From assembly GCA_963725825.1 (NCBI GenBank), contig CAVSAI010000029.1, forward strand, positions 131,765 through 195,764: a stretch of DNA of 64,000 nucleotides, written 5' to 3'. The position numbers and the translations under genes were made by a program. Below the pieces are notes generated by a model, which made no database searches, was not told the origin of the DNA, and saw nothing but the letters and a program-made list of their open reading frames with translations. Shown here piece after piece: positions 35,311 through 43,952 of this stretch (within the stretch, counting starts at the first letter, position 1; each line of letters starts with the position of its first letter). Origin of the DNA: Candidatus Aminicenantes bacterium. GTDB taxonomy: Bacteria; Acidobacteriota; Aminicenantia; Aminicenantales; Saccharicenantaceae.

Positions 35311-37176
35311 CTATCCTTTCGTAGAGGCCGCGGGAGGCATGCGGACAAGCGCCGCCGCACAGGCCTCCCGGACCTTTCTGGTCCGTCCGATTGCGCCCTT
35401 CTGAAGGGCGTCCAAGGCCTCCTCGGTCGCCATGCTCTCGAGGCCGGCGACGGCGGCGAGACGCAGCTCCAGGAGCCTCCTCGACCCGAATAAGTGGGCC
35501 CGCTTGAGCGTCCGGCGCAGGAATTCGAGCGCTTCGGCCGATCTCGTCCGGCCGAGGAACGCGAGCAGCGCTTCCTTCTCTTTGAGGCTCTTCGATTGGA
35601 ACTCCCGTGACGAAGCCTCGCGCAGGATCTGCTGGACGCGCGCTCCTCCCTGCGCGGGGTCGAGGGTCATGGCCGCCTGGATCCGGATCTCCTCGTCGGG
35701 GTCGTTGAGGAAGCCGGCCAGGATGCGGTTGGCCATCTCGTCCCGGGCCCGGCCCAGGACACGAACGGTCTCGAATTTGATGTCCTTGTTTTGGAAGTTC
35801 ACGAAGGCCGAAAGATGGGGGATGCCCCGGTTGTCGGGGACCCGGGACAGGATGCCCAGGATCTCACGGGCCAGGGCGGGCCGGGCGTTGTCGGCCAACG
35901 CGGCAATGAGCCCGGGATTGCGGCCACCCGTCTTTTCGATAAAGGCGACGATCTTGTGCCTGGCCTCGCCGTCCGGGGCGATCTCGAAGAGGTCCGCCGC
36001 GAGACCTAAAGAAGACGGACCGAGAAGCTCGAAGAACCCCAGAAGGGATTCCCAGTCCATCGCCTTCTTCTTGGCTAGAAGCGTCTTGACGGCCTCGACC
36101 GTCTTGGGGCTGACAGTGCCGCGGAGGAAATCGGCGAGAAGGGCGGCCTTGGCGGCATTCCCGGCCAGGTGCCGTCCGAGCTCGTGGATCTTCTGGATGA
36201 TGAGCACGGCGACATGGAAGTGGCCATGCTGGAGCTGTTCGAAATGATACTCCAGAAGCGTGTTGAGGCTGGCCTGACAGTTGGCCGTGTTCTCGTCGAG
36301 GTAGATGATCTCGACCATGAGGTTGATGTACTCTTCCTCGGGCGAGATCGTCCGGTTCGCGCGCACCATCGTCTCGAGCGCGTTGAGCTCGGATTCGGTC
36401 AGGGTCGGGTCCATGGCCGCCGCGGGGCTGATCGTCCCCCGGTCGCTCGTATCGGCCTCCGTGGCGGCCGCAGGTTCCGCCGCTGCAGGACCGGGAGGGA
36501 GGTCCTCTTCATCCGGGCGGGCGGCGGCTTTCTCGACTTCGCCGCGGTCGTCCGGGTCGAGATCGACCCGGCCTTCGGTGAACTTGGAGGTGTCGACGCG
36601 GACTTCGATCGTCTCACCGGCCAGGTCCTCGGGGAGGCCGGGCATGCCCTGAGGGGCCCGCGAATCACTCACTTCGCCGAGGATGCGGTTCTCCAGGAAC
36701 TCGTCGGGCGCATAGTACTGGATATTGGGAAAGTCGCGCTCCCACAGCGCGACGACGATGTCGCTGTCCTCGGCCGTCTTCTGGGCCTCGGACTTGATCA
36801 TCTCCAGGAATTCCTGGACCTCCTGACGCTCCAGGCCGCGATAGAAGAAGAGGATCTGGAGGCCGTCCTTAAAGAACGAGAACGGCAAGCTCTTGATGGC
36901 CACCTCGTCGGTGAAGACGGGCTTTCCCTCATAAGTAAAGGAGTACTCTTCGATGCCGACCTGGAGCTTGTCGTAAGCCGTGAGGAACGCCGTGAATTTT
37001 TGGCTGAGCTGGTCGACGAAGTTCCTGACGGTGGCGTGCTCGTTCGGGAAGATCTTCATCGCCGAGACGGTGTTGGCCAGACTATGGAGAAGGTCCCCGG
37101 CCTTTTCGAGGCGCACGGGGTCGATCGTCTCGGCTTGCACCGGGCCGGTCGGCGATGTCCTTGGAGCGCTGGTCAT
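35311..37176 (-). CDS. hypothetical protein with C-terminal HEAT-like repeats
   Basis: 621 aa. Acidic/proline linker in the middle. Repeated helical DEEIRIQAAMTL / ALEFLRRTL HEAT-like units. The stop is 10 nt upstream of the HD-GYP start. Confidence 0.7.
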   Translation of the reverse strand: MTSAPRTSPTGPVQAETIDPVRLEKAGDLLHSLANTVSAMKIFPNEHATVRNFVDQLSQKFTAFLTAYDKLQVGIEEYSFTYEGKPVFTDEVAIKSLPFSFFKDGLQILFFYRGLERQEVQEFLEMIKSEAQKTAEDSDIVVALWERDFPNIQYYAPDEFLENRILGEVSDSRAPQGMPGLPEDLAGETIEVRVDTSKFTEGRVDLDPDDRGEVEKAAARPDEEDLPPGPAAAEPAAATEADTSDRGTISPAAAMDPTLTESELNALETMVRANRTISPEEEYINLMVEIIYLDENTANCQASLNTLLEYHFEQLQHGHFHVAVLIIQKIHELGRHLAGNAAKAALLADFLRGTVSPKTVEAVKTLLAKKKAMDWESLLGFFELLGPSSLGLAADLFEIAPDGEARHKIVAFIEKTGGRNPGLIAALADNARPALAREILGILSRVPDNRGIPHLSAFVNFQNKDIKFETVRVLGRARDEMANRILAGFLNDPDEEIRIQAAMTLDPAQGGARVQQILREASSREFQSKSLKEKEALLAFLGRTRSAEALEFLRRTLKRAHLFGSRRLLELRLAAVAGLESMATEEALDALQKGAIGRTRKVREACAAALVRMPPAASTKG

Positions 37177-37218
37177 GGCTATCCAGGCCCGGCCGGCGGC
37201 CGGGTCCTTATCCCACCC

Positions 37219-37246
37219 AGTTTAGCCAAATCGAGGCGTTCGTCAA
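37219..37246 (-). promoter_or_regulatory. sigma70-like promoter for the HEAT/HD-GYP/rhamnosidase transcription unit
   Basis: Minus strand: TTGACG (37241-37246), N16, TAAACT (37219-37224). A GC-rich hairpin (about 37188-37210) lies between the -10 box and the ATG. Confidence 0.5.
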
Positions 37247-37279
37247 TGGTCGGCGTGGCGAGCCCGGTCCCTTGGGACC

Positions 37280-38545
37280 TCAGCGGCGGCTGAGGACGCG
37301 GCGCTCGTAGGCTTCCACTTCGCGGAGCCAGTCCTCGCCGGGGGGGACGTCATTCCTGAGGCAAAAGGCGTCCCAGACGGGACCGAAGGGCAGGGTTTTG
37401 AGCTCCTCGAGAAGGGAAAGTCGCTGCAGCGCCTTGGAAGCGGGGTCGAGCTCCCGGACCTTGTCGTGGGGCTCGAGGAAAGCGAGGAGAAGCCCCTTGA
37501 GCACCGACCTGGCCCCGAGCACCCAGGCGCCGATCCGGTTCAGGCTGGCGTCGAAGTAGTCGAGAGCGATGTGGATGCGGTCGAGCGCCTGGCTCCGGAC
37601 GATCTCGGCGGCCAGGTCCCGGACCTCGTCGTTGAGCAGGACGATATGGTCGCTGTCCCAGCGGACGCCGCGGCTGATGTGGAGCAAGAGCTCGCCCGAG
37701 AAGGGGAGGATGGCCGAGATCTTGTCGGCCACGGACTCGGTCGGGTGGAAATGCCCCAGGTCGAGGCAGATGATCTTGCCCCGGGTGAGCGCGTAGCCCA
37801 TGTAGAATTCGTGCGAGCCGACGACGAAGGACTCGCTGCCGATGCCGAAGAGCTTGCTCTCGAGCGAGTCTTTCATCTGCTGCGGGCTGTATTCGACCTC
37901 GAAGATCTCGTCGAGGGACTTGCGAAGCGCGGCCCGGGCGCCCCAACGGTCCGTCGGGACGTCTTTCGACCCGTCCGGGATCCAGAGGTTGTGGAGACAG
38001 GTGGCCTGCTGCTCCCGGCCGATCGAGGCGGCGACCCTTCGGCAGCACTTGACGTGGTCGACCCAGAACTTGCGAGTGCCGTTTTCGCGGCTGCTGAGAG
38101 TGTAGCCCGAGGCGGCCCGGGGGTGGGCGAAACAGGTGGAGTTGAAATCGATCTTCAGGCCGTGGTGGCGGGCCCATTCCGACCAGCCGCGGAAGTGCTC
38201 CGGCTCGATGGCGTTGCGGTCGACGGGCTTATCGCCGAATTCGCCGTACATGGCGTGAAGGTTGACCCTGTTGTGGCCGGGGATGAGCCGGAAGGCCTGC
38301 TCGAGGTCCGACCTGAGCTCTTCGACGGACCGGGCCTTGCCGGGGTAGGCCCCCGTGACCTGCAGGCCGCTCCCGGTCAGACTGCCCGGCTGCTTCTCGA
38401 AGCCGCCGACGTCGTCACCTTGCCAGCAATGAAGCGACAGGGAGATCGATGACAGGCGTGACAGGACATTCTCGGTGTCGACGCCCAGCTCGGCGTACCG
38501 GTCTCGGGCGGAAAGATATGCGTTTTCGATACGTGCCGGATCCAT
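37280..38545 (-). CDS. rhaA: L-rhamnose isomerase
   Basis: SLHCWQGDDVGGFE and overall E. coli RhaA-like sequence, 421 aa. GGAGGG SD. The track ORF to 39838 is a 5' artefact over rhaB. Confidence 0.9.
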   Translation of the reverse strand: MDPARIENAYLSARDRYAELGVDTENVLSRLSSISLSLHCWQGDDVGGFEKQPGSLTGSGLQVTGAYPGKARSVEELRSDLEQAFRLIPGHNRVNLHAMYGEFGDKPVDRNAIEPEHFRGWSEWARHHGLKIDFNSTCFAHPRAASGYTLSSRENGTRKFWVDHVKCCRRVAASIGREQQATCLHNLWIPDGSKDVPTDRWGARAALRKSLDEIFEVEYSPQQMKDSLESKLFGIGSESFVVGSHEFYMGYALTRGKIICLDLGHFHPTESVADKISAILPFSGELLLHISRGVRWDSDHIVLLNDEVRDLAAEIVRSQALDRIHIALDYFDASLNRIGAWVLGARSVLKGLLLAFLEPHDKVRELDPASKALQRLSLLEELKTLPFGPVWDAFCLRNDVPPGEDWLREVEAYERRVLSRR

Positions 38546-38598
38546 CCTCAACCCTCCACGAAGGAACGCCATTTTTATATGCCTCCTGCACCGGGCTG

Positions 38599-40089
38599 TC
38601 AAGCCCGGCGGATGCCCCTGAACCTGGTCGCGGCCGCGTCCCAAAACGCCGCCGGGCCGGCAGGAGCGTAGGTCCGAAGCTCGAACGAATCGCGGATGAT
38701 GGCCCGGATTTCCGCCGGCGACGAAACGCGGCCGGTGGCCATGGCCTGGACGAGGATATTCCCGATGGCGGTCGCCTCGGCCGGGCCGGCCACGACCGGC
38801 AGGCCCGTGGCGTCCGCCGTGAGCTGGCAGAGAAGCGTGTTGCGCGAGCCGCCGCCGATGACATGGATCTTTTCGATGGGATGGCCGAGGACCTGACCCA
38901 GCTGTCCGATCACGTGGCGATACTTGAGGGCCAGGCTCTCGAGGAGCGAGCGGACGAGGGCGCCCTTCGTCGACGGAAGTTGCTGGGCGGTCCTGCGGCA
39001 GTAGTCGGCGATGGCCTCGGGCATGTCCGGAGGATTGAGGAACCCGGGGTCGTCCGGGTCGATGAGGGCCGCGAAGGCCGGCGCTTCGGCGGCGGCGCGA
39101 GTCAGGTCGTCGTAAGAAACCGGGCCTTCCGCCGACCAGGATCTGCGGCAGCCCTGGATGAGCCAGAGCCCGGAAACGTTTTTGAGGAAGCGGACGGTCC
39201 CGCCGACGCCTCCCTCGTTTGTGAAATTCGAGTCGAGCGATCCGTCGGAGATGACGGGGGCCTTCTCCTCGGTTCCGACGAGCGACCAGGTGCCCGAGGA
39301 GATGTAGGCCCAGTTGTGCCCCTCGGCGGGGACCGCGGCCACGGCTGCGGCTGTGTCGTGGCTGGCCGTAGCGACGACGGGGACGTGGCGGAAGCCGGTC
39401 GCCGCGGCGATCTCCTCCGCGATCTCGCCGAGAACGGTCCCGGGCTCGACGATATTCTGGAGGAGCTTCTTCGACAGCCCCATGGCCTGAAAGAGTCCCG
39501 GGATCCAGGTCTTTGTCCGGGGGTCGAGGAACTGGGAGGTCGAAGCGATGGTGAACTCGGCCGCCTTCCGGCCGGTGAGGAAGAAGTTGAACAGGTCGGG
39601 CATGAAGAGAAGCTCGGCCGCCGCGTCGAGCAGGGGCGACCTTTCCCGGACCATCGCGTAGACCTGGAAGAGGGTATTGAAAGGCATGAATTGAGTGCCC
39701 GTCGCCTCGTAAAGGGACTGGCGAGGAACGAGCTTGAGATAATCCTCCATGGCGCCGGCGTTCCGGTGGTCGCGGTAGCAGAAGGGCAGGCCGAGGAGGC
39801 TGCCGTCCTTGGCCAGCAGGCCGAAATCGACGCCCCAAGTGTCCACGCCGAGGCTCGTCGGCCGGCCGCCGATCGCGGCGGCCGCGTCGCGCATGGCCTC
39901 CTTCATCTCGTCGAACATGGCATAGACGTTCCAGTGGATGTGTCCGGCGAGAGGGAGCGGGGTGTTGGGGAAGCGCCTCACCTCATGGACGGAAAGCCTG
40001 CGGCCGGCGAGGGTGCCGAGCACGGCCCGGCCGCTTTCGGCCCCGAGGTCAAAGGCCAGGTAATGAGCGTCGGCGTTCGCGTGAGGCAT
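38599..40089 (-). CDS. rhaB: rhamnulokinase (FGGY carbohydrate kinase family)
   Basis: LAFDLGAESGR N-terminal motif, FGGY-family layout, position immediately upstream of rhaA. Confidence 0.85.
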   Translation of the reverse strand: MPHANADAHYLAFDLGAESGRAVLGTLAGRRLSVHEVRRFPNTPLPLAGHIHWNVYAMFDEMKEAMRDAAAAIGGRPTSLGVDTWGVDFGLLAKDGSLLGLPFCYRDHRNAGAMEDYLKLVPRQSLYEATGTQFMPFNTLFQVYAMVRERSPLLDAAAELLFMPDLFNFFLTGRKAAEFTIASTSQFLDPRTKTWIPGLFQAMGLSKKLLQNIVEPGTVLGEIAEEIAAATGFRHVPVVATASHDTAAAVAAVPAEGHNWAYISSGTWSLVGTEEKAPVISDGSLDSNFTNEGGVGGTVRFLKNVSGLWLIQGCRRSWSAEGPVSYDDLTRAAAEAPAFAALIDPDDPGFLNPPDMPEAIADYCRRTAQQLPSTKGALVRSLLESLALKYRHVIGQLGQVLGHPIEKIHVIGGGSRNTLLCQLTADATGLPVVAGPAEATAIGNILVQAMATGRVSSPAEIRAIIRDSFELRTYAPAGPAAFWDAAATRFRGIRRA

Positions 40090-40109
40090 GCGGGAAACCT
40101 ACGACCTTT

Positions 40110-40138
40110 CTTATATGCGGAACGCGGCCCGTTTTCAA
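40110..40138 (-). promoter_or_regulatory. sigma70-like promoter of rhaBA
   Basis: Minus strand: TTGAAA (40133-40138), N17, TATAAG (40110-40115). Confidence 0.55.
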
Positions 40139-40146
40139 GCCGCGCT

Positions 40147-40174
40147 TTGAAAACCTCGGCGTTTCCCCTACAAT
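40147..40174 (+). promoter_or_regulatory. sigma70-like promoter of the RNase H-like/ADH unit
   Basis: TTGAAA (40147-40152), N16, TACAAT (40169-40174). Confidence 0.55.
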
Positions 40175-40209
40175 AACAGCCGAGAATCGAATCGCCCCAC
40201 CGAGGTTTC

Positions 40210-41541
40210 ATGCCACTCGAGGACAAGCTCAAGGCGCTGCGGCGCGAACGTGAAGCGCGGTCGCGCGCCCACAGCGTCGAGACGACTTGGGACAAGCTCG
40301 GCGAGGACTCCGGCCTGACGGTCAAGCAGAAGCTCGAGCGCCTGATCGCCTTGACCGACAAGGGAAGGGGACAGGCCTCGCGGACCGAGGATCGGCCCGT
40401 CGAGAAGAAGCGCCGCGAGCCGGTCCAGGTCTTCGAGAACTCCTATCTGCTCGGCGCGAGCTACGGCCAGATCCCCATCTCCATGGGCCTGCAGATCCCG
40501 GCCGAGATCCTCGGCTTTCTCAGCCGCGACGCGGCCTTCGAGGGGCTCGATCTTTCATCGGCTGTTTTCCTCGACCTCGAGACGACAGGCCTCGCCGGGG
40601 GGACCGGAACGGTGCCGTTCCTCGTCGGCCTGGCCTACTACCGCGACGAGCGGTTCAAGGTGACCCAGTTCTTCCTCAACGAGATGGCCGAGGAGGACCG
40701 GCTCGTCAGCGAGCTGGCCCAGTTCGTACAGGATATGGGCTTCAAGTCGATCGTCACCTACAACGGCAAGGCCTTCGACATGCCGCTCGTGGAGACGCGC
40801 TTCGCCCTGCACCGGAAGACCTGCCCTTTACGGGGGCTGCCCCACCTCGATTTCCTGTTCTCCGCCCGGAGCCTGTGGAAGCACAAGTATGACAGCTGCC
40901 GGCTCTTCCACCTGGCCCAGCAGATCGTCCAGGCCGAGCGGTCCGAGGACATCCCGGGCGCGGAGATCCCGCTGCGCTATTTCCAGTACATCCGCAACGG
41001 CGATTTCTCGCTCATCGAGCCCATCCTCTACCACAACCAGGAGGACCTGTTGTCGCTCCTGGGCGTCGTCGTGGCCGGATCGGTCCTCGTCGAACGCAAC
41101 CGCGCCACGGCAGAAAAGGGCGAGGGCGACCCCATGGACCTCTACGGGGTGGCCAAGCTGTTCGAGAGGGCCGGCGACGCCTCGACCTCGGCCGCGCTTC
41201 TCGAAAAGGCCCTGGACGGACGCCGCGGGCTGAGCGCCGAGGCGTCCCTGGCCGCCCGGAAGACACTGTCCCATCACTTCAAGAAGAACAAGAATTGGGA
41301 CAAGGCCCTGCCGTTCTGGCAGGAGATGGCGTCCGGGGAAGAGGTCGACTGCGACTGCTTCCGGGAGCTGTCGATGTACTTCGAGCACACGGCCAGGGAC
41401 TACGATGAGGCCATCCGCGTCGCGACCGAGGGATTGGCCGTCTCGAAGGGCAAGTCTCTGGCTGCCGAAAAGGATTTTGAGAAGCGCATCTCCCGCCTCC
41501 GTGACAAGAAGGCGAAGGTGAAAGGACCGGCCGGACGATGA
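40210..41541 (+). CDS. RNase H-like (YprB-type) exonuclease-fold protein with C-terminal TPR-like helical region
   Basis: VFLDLETTGL (DxE motif), then TYNGKAFDMPL and NQEDLLSL, as in RNase_H_2/YprB-type domains. The C-terminal 130 aa are helical repeats. Confidence 0.7.
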   Translation: MPLEDKLKALRREREARSRAHSVETTWDKLGEDSGLTVKQKLERLIALTDKGRGQASRTEDRPVEKKRREPVQVFENSYLLGASYGQIPISMGLQIPAEILGFLSRDAAFEGLDLSSAVFLDLETTGLAGGTGTVPFLVGLAYYRDERFKVTQFFLNEMAEEDRLVSELAQFVQDMGFKSIVTYNGKAFDMPLVETRFALHRKTCPLRGLPHLDFLFSARSLWKHKYDSCRLFHLAQQIVQAERSEDIPGAEIPLRYFQYIRNGDFSLIEPILYHNQEDLLSLLGVVVAGSVLVERNRATAEKGEGDPMDLYGVAKLFERAGDASTSAALLEKALDGRRGLSAEASLAARKTLSHHFKKNKNWDKALPFWQEMASGEEVDCDCFRELSMYFEHTARDYDEAIRVATEGLAVSKGKSLAAEKDFEKRISRLRDKKAKVKGPAGR

Positions 41542-42539
41542 AGGCCATGGTCCTGACGGGCTTTCGGCCTCCGGCCGAGAAGCCGCTCGAGCTGCGGGAT
41601 GTTCCTGTTCCGACGGCCGGTCCGGAGGACATCCTCATCAAGGTCCGTTGCTGCGGCGTCTGCCACACGGACCTCCACATCGTCGAAAGGGAACTCCCGG
41701 ACGCGCGACTGCCCCTCATCCCAGGACATGAAGTGATCGGCGTCGTCGCCGGGGCGGGGGAGAAGGCCGGAAGGTTCAAGATGGGCCAGCGGGTCGGCGC
41801 CGCTTGGCTTCGGTCGACCTGCGGCAAGTGCCGATTCTGTCTCAGCGGGCGGGAGAACCTGTGCGAATCGGCGACGTTCAACGGCTACCATGCCGACGGC
41901 GGATACGCCGAATACATGGCCGTCGGCGAGAAATTCGCCTATGCCGTCCCGGATAGGTTCGGCGATGCGGAGGCCTCGCCGCTGATGTGCGCCGGGATCG
42001 TCGGCTATCGGGCGCTCGTCCTCAGCGAGGTCCGGCCTGGCGGCACTCTTGGGCTCTACGGCTTCGGCGGATCGGCCCACATCGCTATCCAGGTGGCCAA
42101 GCACAAGGGAATCACGGTCTTTGTCGTCACGAGGAGCGCCAAGCACCAGAAGCTCGCTCGAGAGCTCGGCGCGGACTGGGTGGGGACGGCCCAGGAAGAA
42201 CCGCCGGCCAAGCTGACGAACGCCATCCTCTTCGCCCCGGTCGGGAGCCTCTACCTTGACGCGCTGCGAGTCATGGACAGGGGAGGGACGGTGGTTTCGG
42301 CCGGCATCCACATGTCGCCCATCCCAGAGATGGACTACGACAAGTACCTCTATCACGAGCGGAAGATGCTCAGCGTCGCCAACGCGACACGCAAGGACGG
42401 AGAGGAGCTGCTCAAGGTCGCGGCGGAGATCCCGGTAAAGACGACCGTCCAGTCCTTCCCACTCGAGGCGGCCAACGAGGCGCTCGCCGATCTCAAGGCG
42501 GGCCGCATCGACGGCGCCGCCGTCCTAAAAATCGGATAG
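41538..42539 (+). CDS. zinc-dependent alcohol dehydrogenase
   Basis: CGVCHTDLH, GHEVIG, the structural Zn CGKCRFCLSGRENLC, and GFGGSAH Rossmann. ATGA overlap with the upstream gene. Confidence 0.9.
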   Translation: MKAMVLTGFRPPAEKPLELRDVPVPTAGPEDILIKVRCCGVCHTDLHIVERELPDARLPLIPGHEVIGVVAGAGEKAGRFKMGQRVGAAWLRSTCGKCRFCLSGRENLCESATFNGYHADGGYAEYMAVGEKFAYAVPDRFGDAEASPLMCAGIVGYRALVLSEVRPGGTLGLYGFGGSAHIAIQVAKHKGITVFVVTRSAKHQKLARELGADWVGTAQEEPPAKLTNAILFAPVGSLYLDALRVMDRGGTVVSAGIHMSPIPEMDYDKYLYHERKMLSVANATRKDGEELLKVAAEIPVKTTVQSFPLEAANEALADLKAGRIDGAAVLKIG

Positions 42540-42626
42540 GAATTCGGGGACCCGGAGAATCGGGATATCACCCTTTTCTCTTGAAAGGGGATTGTGTCCC
42601 TAGATTTTTCGGGTGTGCTCTCTTCG

Positions 42627-42655
42627 TTGCAAACCCGCCCCATTTACGCTATATT
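42627..42655 (+). promoter_or_regulatory. sigma70-like promoter of tRNA-Arg
   Basis: TTGCAA (42627-42632), N17, TATATT (42650-42655), about 21 nt upstream of the tRNA 5' end. Confidence 0.6.
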
Positions 42656-42676
42656 ATCCCCGCTTTTCCGCCTTGC

Positions 42677-42750
42677 GCGCCCGTAGCTCAGTTGGATAGA
42701 GCGTCTGACTACGAATCAGCAGGTCGGGTGTTCGAGTCACCCCGGGCGCG
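42677..42750 (+). tRNA. tRNA-Arg (anticodon ACG)
   Basis: Hand-folded cloverleaf. Acceptor GCGCCCG/CGGGCGC; D arm GCTC..GAGC; anticodon loop CTACGAA; T arm GGGTG-TTCGAGT-CACCC; discriminator G. CCA is not encoded. Followed by a T-run. Confidence 0.9.
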
Positions 42751-42929
42751 CTCTCTTTTTTTTCCTGTTGAATCAAAAAAATCAGCGATTTGCGCGTTCT
42801 GCTCGGCAAATATCGATTTCAGCCTGACTCGGTGATTTTGAGCGGTTTTCAGCGCTCAACTCGACACGGGCATTTCAAACCCCCGTCCTTTGCCTAGGGA
42901 TTCGACTCGGTTCGCGCCGGACCCGGCGT

Positions 42930-43079
42930 CTAACCTGTGATCTGAACGCCGATTTGCGTCGTCGGCGTGGTGAAGGCCATGATGCGATTCGCCGATAAGG
43001 CGTTGGCGAGCACTCCGAAGCCGGCGAGCGAAAGGACGGCGGCAAAGGCGAATATAGCGATCTTGGTCCTGATCTTCAT
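42930..43079 (-). CDS. candidate small secreted/membrane peptide, 49 aa
   Basis: MKIRTKIAIFAFAAVLSLAGFGVLANALSANRIMAFTTPTTQIGVQITG. GAGAGGA SD upstream of the ATG at 43079. The track ORF starts further upstream, at 43142. Confidence 0.4.
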   Translation of the reverse strand: MKIRTKIAIFAFAAVLSLAGFGVLANALSANRIMAFTTPTTQIGVQITG

Positions 43080-43200
43080 GGGTTTGTCCTCTCTCATCCT
43101 ATTCTCTGCATTTTCATACCTATATACGGCCCGACTCTGCAAAAGGTTAAGCCCCCCCAGAAATATATCTGCGCGGCCTCAAGCGATGTCCCCCCTGGCA

Positions 43201-43230
43201 TTGACACCTCGCGAAATCGGATGGTAGCAT
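43201..43230 (+). promoter_or_regulatory. sigma70-like promoter of the archaemetzincin gene
   Basis: TTGACA (43201-43206), N18, TAGCAT (43225-43230). This places the track start at 43221 inside the promoter. Confidence 0.5.
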
Positions 43231-43268
43231 CGGGACAGGTTGAATCCTCAGTTGGGCAAGGACAGGCG

Positions 43269-43895
43269 ATGAGGCCATCTTGTTTCGTGCCTTTATTGTT
43301 CGCAGCGATCGTCTTATGCGCCTGGCCCGCCCAAAAAATGGAATCCTTCGCGATACAGCCGCTCGGAGAGATCGATCCCGATCTCATCAGCATGGCTCGT
43401 TCGTCACTTGCGGAAACATTCGGCGCCGGCGTGATCACTGTGCTGGCTCCTCAGGAGCTCCCATCGAAGGCCTTTTATGAGCCCGGAAAGCGGTACCGGG
43501 CCGAAAGGCTCCTCGAAGACCTGAGCGAGCTGCGCACCGATCAATTCACGAAGATCATTGGCCTGACCAAGATGGATATCTCGACGACGAAAGGCCGCTA
43601 CGAGGATTGGGGGATCTTCGGCATGGCGTTTCTCGGAGGATCGGCCTGCGTCATCTCCTCGTACCGGTTGGGCCGGGACAAGGTCGACGCGGCGCTATTT
43701 GCCGCGAGGGTCAAGAAGGTCATCGCGCATGAAGTCGGCCATATCCTGGGACTCCCGCACTGCCCGACCCCCGGATGCCTCATGGCGGATGCCCGAGGTT
43801 TGATCGCGACGGTCGACCGCAGCAACGGAAGGCTCTGCCAGGAATGCAAGAAGGAGCTTGGGCATAAGGGGAGGCTTTCGTATCCAGGTATATAA
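43269..43895 (+). CDS. archaemetzincin-like zinc metallopeptidase (M54) with N-terminal signal-like helix
   Basis: HEVGHILGLPHCPTPGCLM, plus a second Cys pair (CQEC). N-terminus MRPSCFVPLLFAAIVLCAWPAQ. Confidence 0.8.
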   Translation: MRPSCFVPLLFAAIVLCAWPAQKMESFAIQPLGEIDPDLISMARSSLAETFGAGVITVLAPQELPSKAFYEPGKRYRAERLLEDLSELRTDQFTKIIGLTKMDISTTKGRYEDWGIFGMAFLGGSACVISSYRLGRDKVDAALFAARVKKVIAHEVGHILGLPHCPTPGCLMADARGLIATVDRSNGRLCQECKKELGHKGRLSYPGI

Positions 43896-43952
43896 TGTAC
43901 CGATGTGTCTCTTGAATCCGTCCGCCTTTCTTATCCGCAGGAGGTCATTCCG

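Noticed and set aside
42581-42835. An 84-aa plus-strand ORF.
   Set aside because: It spans the tRNA-Arg gene and its promoter, so it is not coding.
42897-42925. The segment GGGATTCGACTCGGTTCGCGCCGG vaguely resembles the tRNA T-arm/acceptor end (GGGTGTTCGAGTCACCCCGGGCGCG). It could in principle be an att-like partial tRNA copy.
   Set aside because: The similarity is limited to TTCGA-TC and scattered bases and cannot form a T-stem. It is too weak to call a repeat.
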